From positions 1 to 32,311 of the forward strand of contig BTQV01000001.1 of NCBI GenBank assembly GCA_036986055.1: a stretch of DNA of 32,311 nucleotides, written 5' to 3'. Below, one piece after another: positions 31,887-32,311 of this stretch (its first letter is position 1; each line of letters opens with the position of its first letter). The notes under the pieces were generated by a model, which worked only from the letters and a program-made list of their open reading frames with translations, did no database searches and had not been told where the DNA came from. The DNA comes from Thermodesulfobacteriota bacterium. Lineage in GTDB: Bacteria; Desulfobacterota; GWC2-55-46; JADFVP01. Position numbers and translations under genes: made by a program.

Positions 31887-32311
31887 CTACGACGTCTCCG
31901 GCCCGTCCCCTTCCCCTTCTCTTTCCAGCGGGCGCAAGAGCCCGTCGATGGCGAGGCCGAACCTCTCGGCCTTGCCCGCCACATCGTCGTACTTAACGGA
32001 AGCGTTCTTAATATGCCTGCCGAGCACGTCGAGGTCTTCGGCCATCAAAGCGTAGTCGTTATTGAGCCTTTCGATATGGGTTAATATCTCATCGGCGCGC
32101 TTCGTCACGTCAAAGCCCCTCAGCCCCAGGAGTATGGTCTGGAGATAGGCGTAAAAACTGTTGGGCGACACCGGTATGACCCTTTTTGAGAAGGCGTGGG
32201 CCATGATGGAATTGTCTTCGCCCGGCGACGTGTCCTTTATTATGGTCTCGTAATAGACGTTCTCCGCAGGGATGTACATGAGGGCGAAGTTGAAGGTGGA
32301 CTCTTCCGGCA
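31887..32311 (-). CDS. rmuC: DNA recombination protein RmuC, 3' portion; the gene continues beyond the window edge
   Basis: MYIPAENVYYE...VIPVSPNSFYAYLQTILLGL matches the conserved RmuC nuclease-domain core (LMFIPxE...VSPTTL). The reading frame upstream of 32280 is ambiguous; see findings. Confidence 0.75.
   Translation of the reverse strand, partial: PEESTFNFALMYIPAENVYYETIIKDTSPGEDNSIMAHAFSKRVIPVSPNSFYAYLQTILLGLRGFDVTKRADEILTHIERLNNDYALMAEDLDVLGRHIKNASVKYDDVAGKAERFGLAIDGLLRPLEREGEGDGPETS

Overview
This is a 32.3 kb chromosomal window from a moderately GC-rich bacterium. Ile-ATA, Arg-AGG and Lys-AAG codons are frequent, and I cannot assign a lineage from the sequence alone. It is densely packed with recognisable respiratory, ion-transport and housekeeping genes, mostly on the minus strand.

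Content, left to right:
1. A monocistronic F-type ATP synthase c-subunit gene with its own promoter and terminators.
2. A seven-gene alternative complex III (ACIII) operon, actA-B1-B2-C-D-E-F, with a split ActB.
3. A co-directional ion-homeostasis block: two ClC paralogs with CBS domains, a CPA2 cation/proton antiporter, a UspA-family protein and a P2A Ca2+-type P-type ATPase.
4. A DedA-PAP2 fusion gene.
5. nadA, an AMMECR1-family gene, an aspartate aminotransferase, coaD, rsmD, yjbQ, a sirtuin and a small secreted protein.
6. A quinone-biosynthesis cluster: UbiV-like U32 protein, phasin-like coiled-coil protein, UbiB, UbiE and an SCP2 protein.
7. truA, asd and the 3' part of rmuC.

I found no CRISPR array, tRNA or rRNA gene, transposase, integrase, phage gene or recognisable defence system. 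I cannot honestly point to a clearly novel multi-gene system.

The observations most worth a second look are:
- A roughly 2.4 kb IS-independent tandem duplication of the ClC locus. The novel joint is readable, both truncated gene ends survive as scars, and the two copies show mosaic identity.
- A UbiV-type O2-independent hydroxylase clustered with ubiB, ubiE and an SCP2 gene, with no UbiU partner in view.
- A DedA-PAP2 fusion whose PAP2 nucleophile histidine is replaced by glutamine.
- An orphan c subunit that carries a signal peptide and a Na+-type Gln/Glu-Ser/Tyr signature.
- An ACIII with a separate ActB1 that keeps a full CX2CX3CX27C cysteine motif.

All functional calls rest on motif and family recognition by eye. 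No searches were run.
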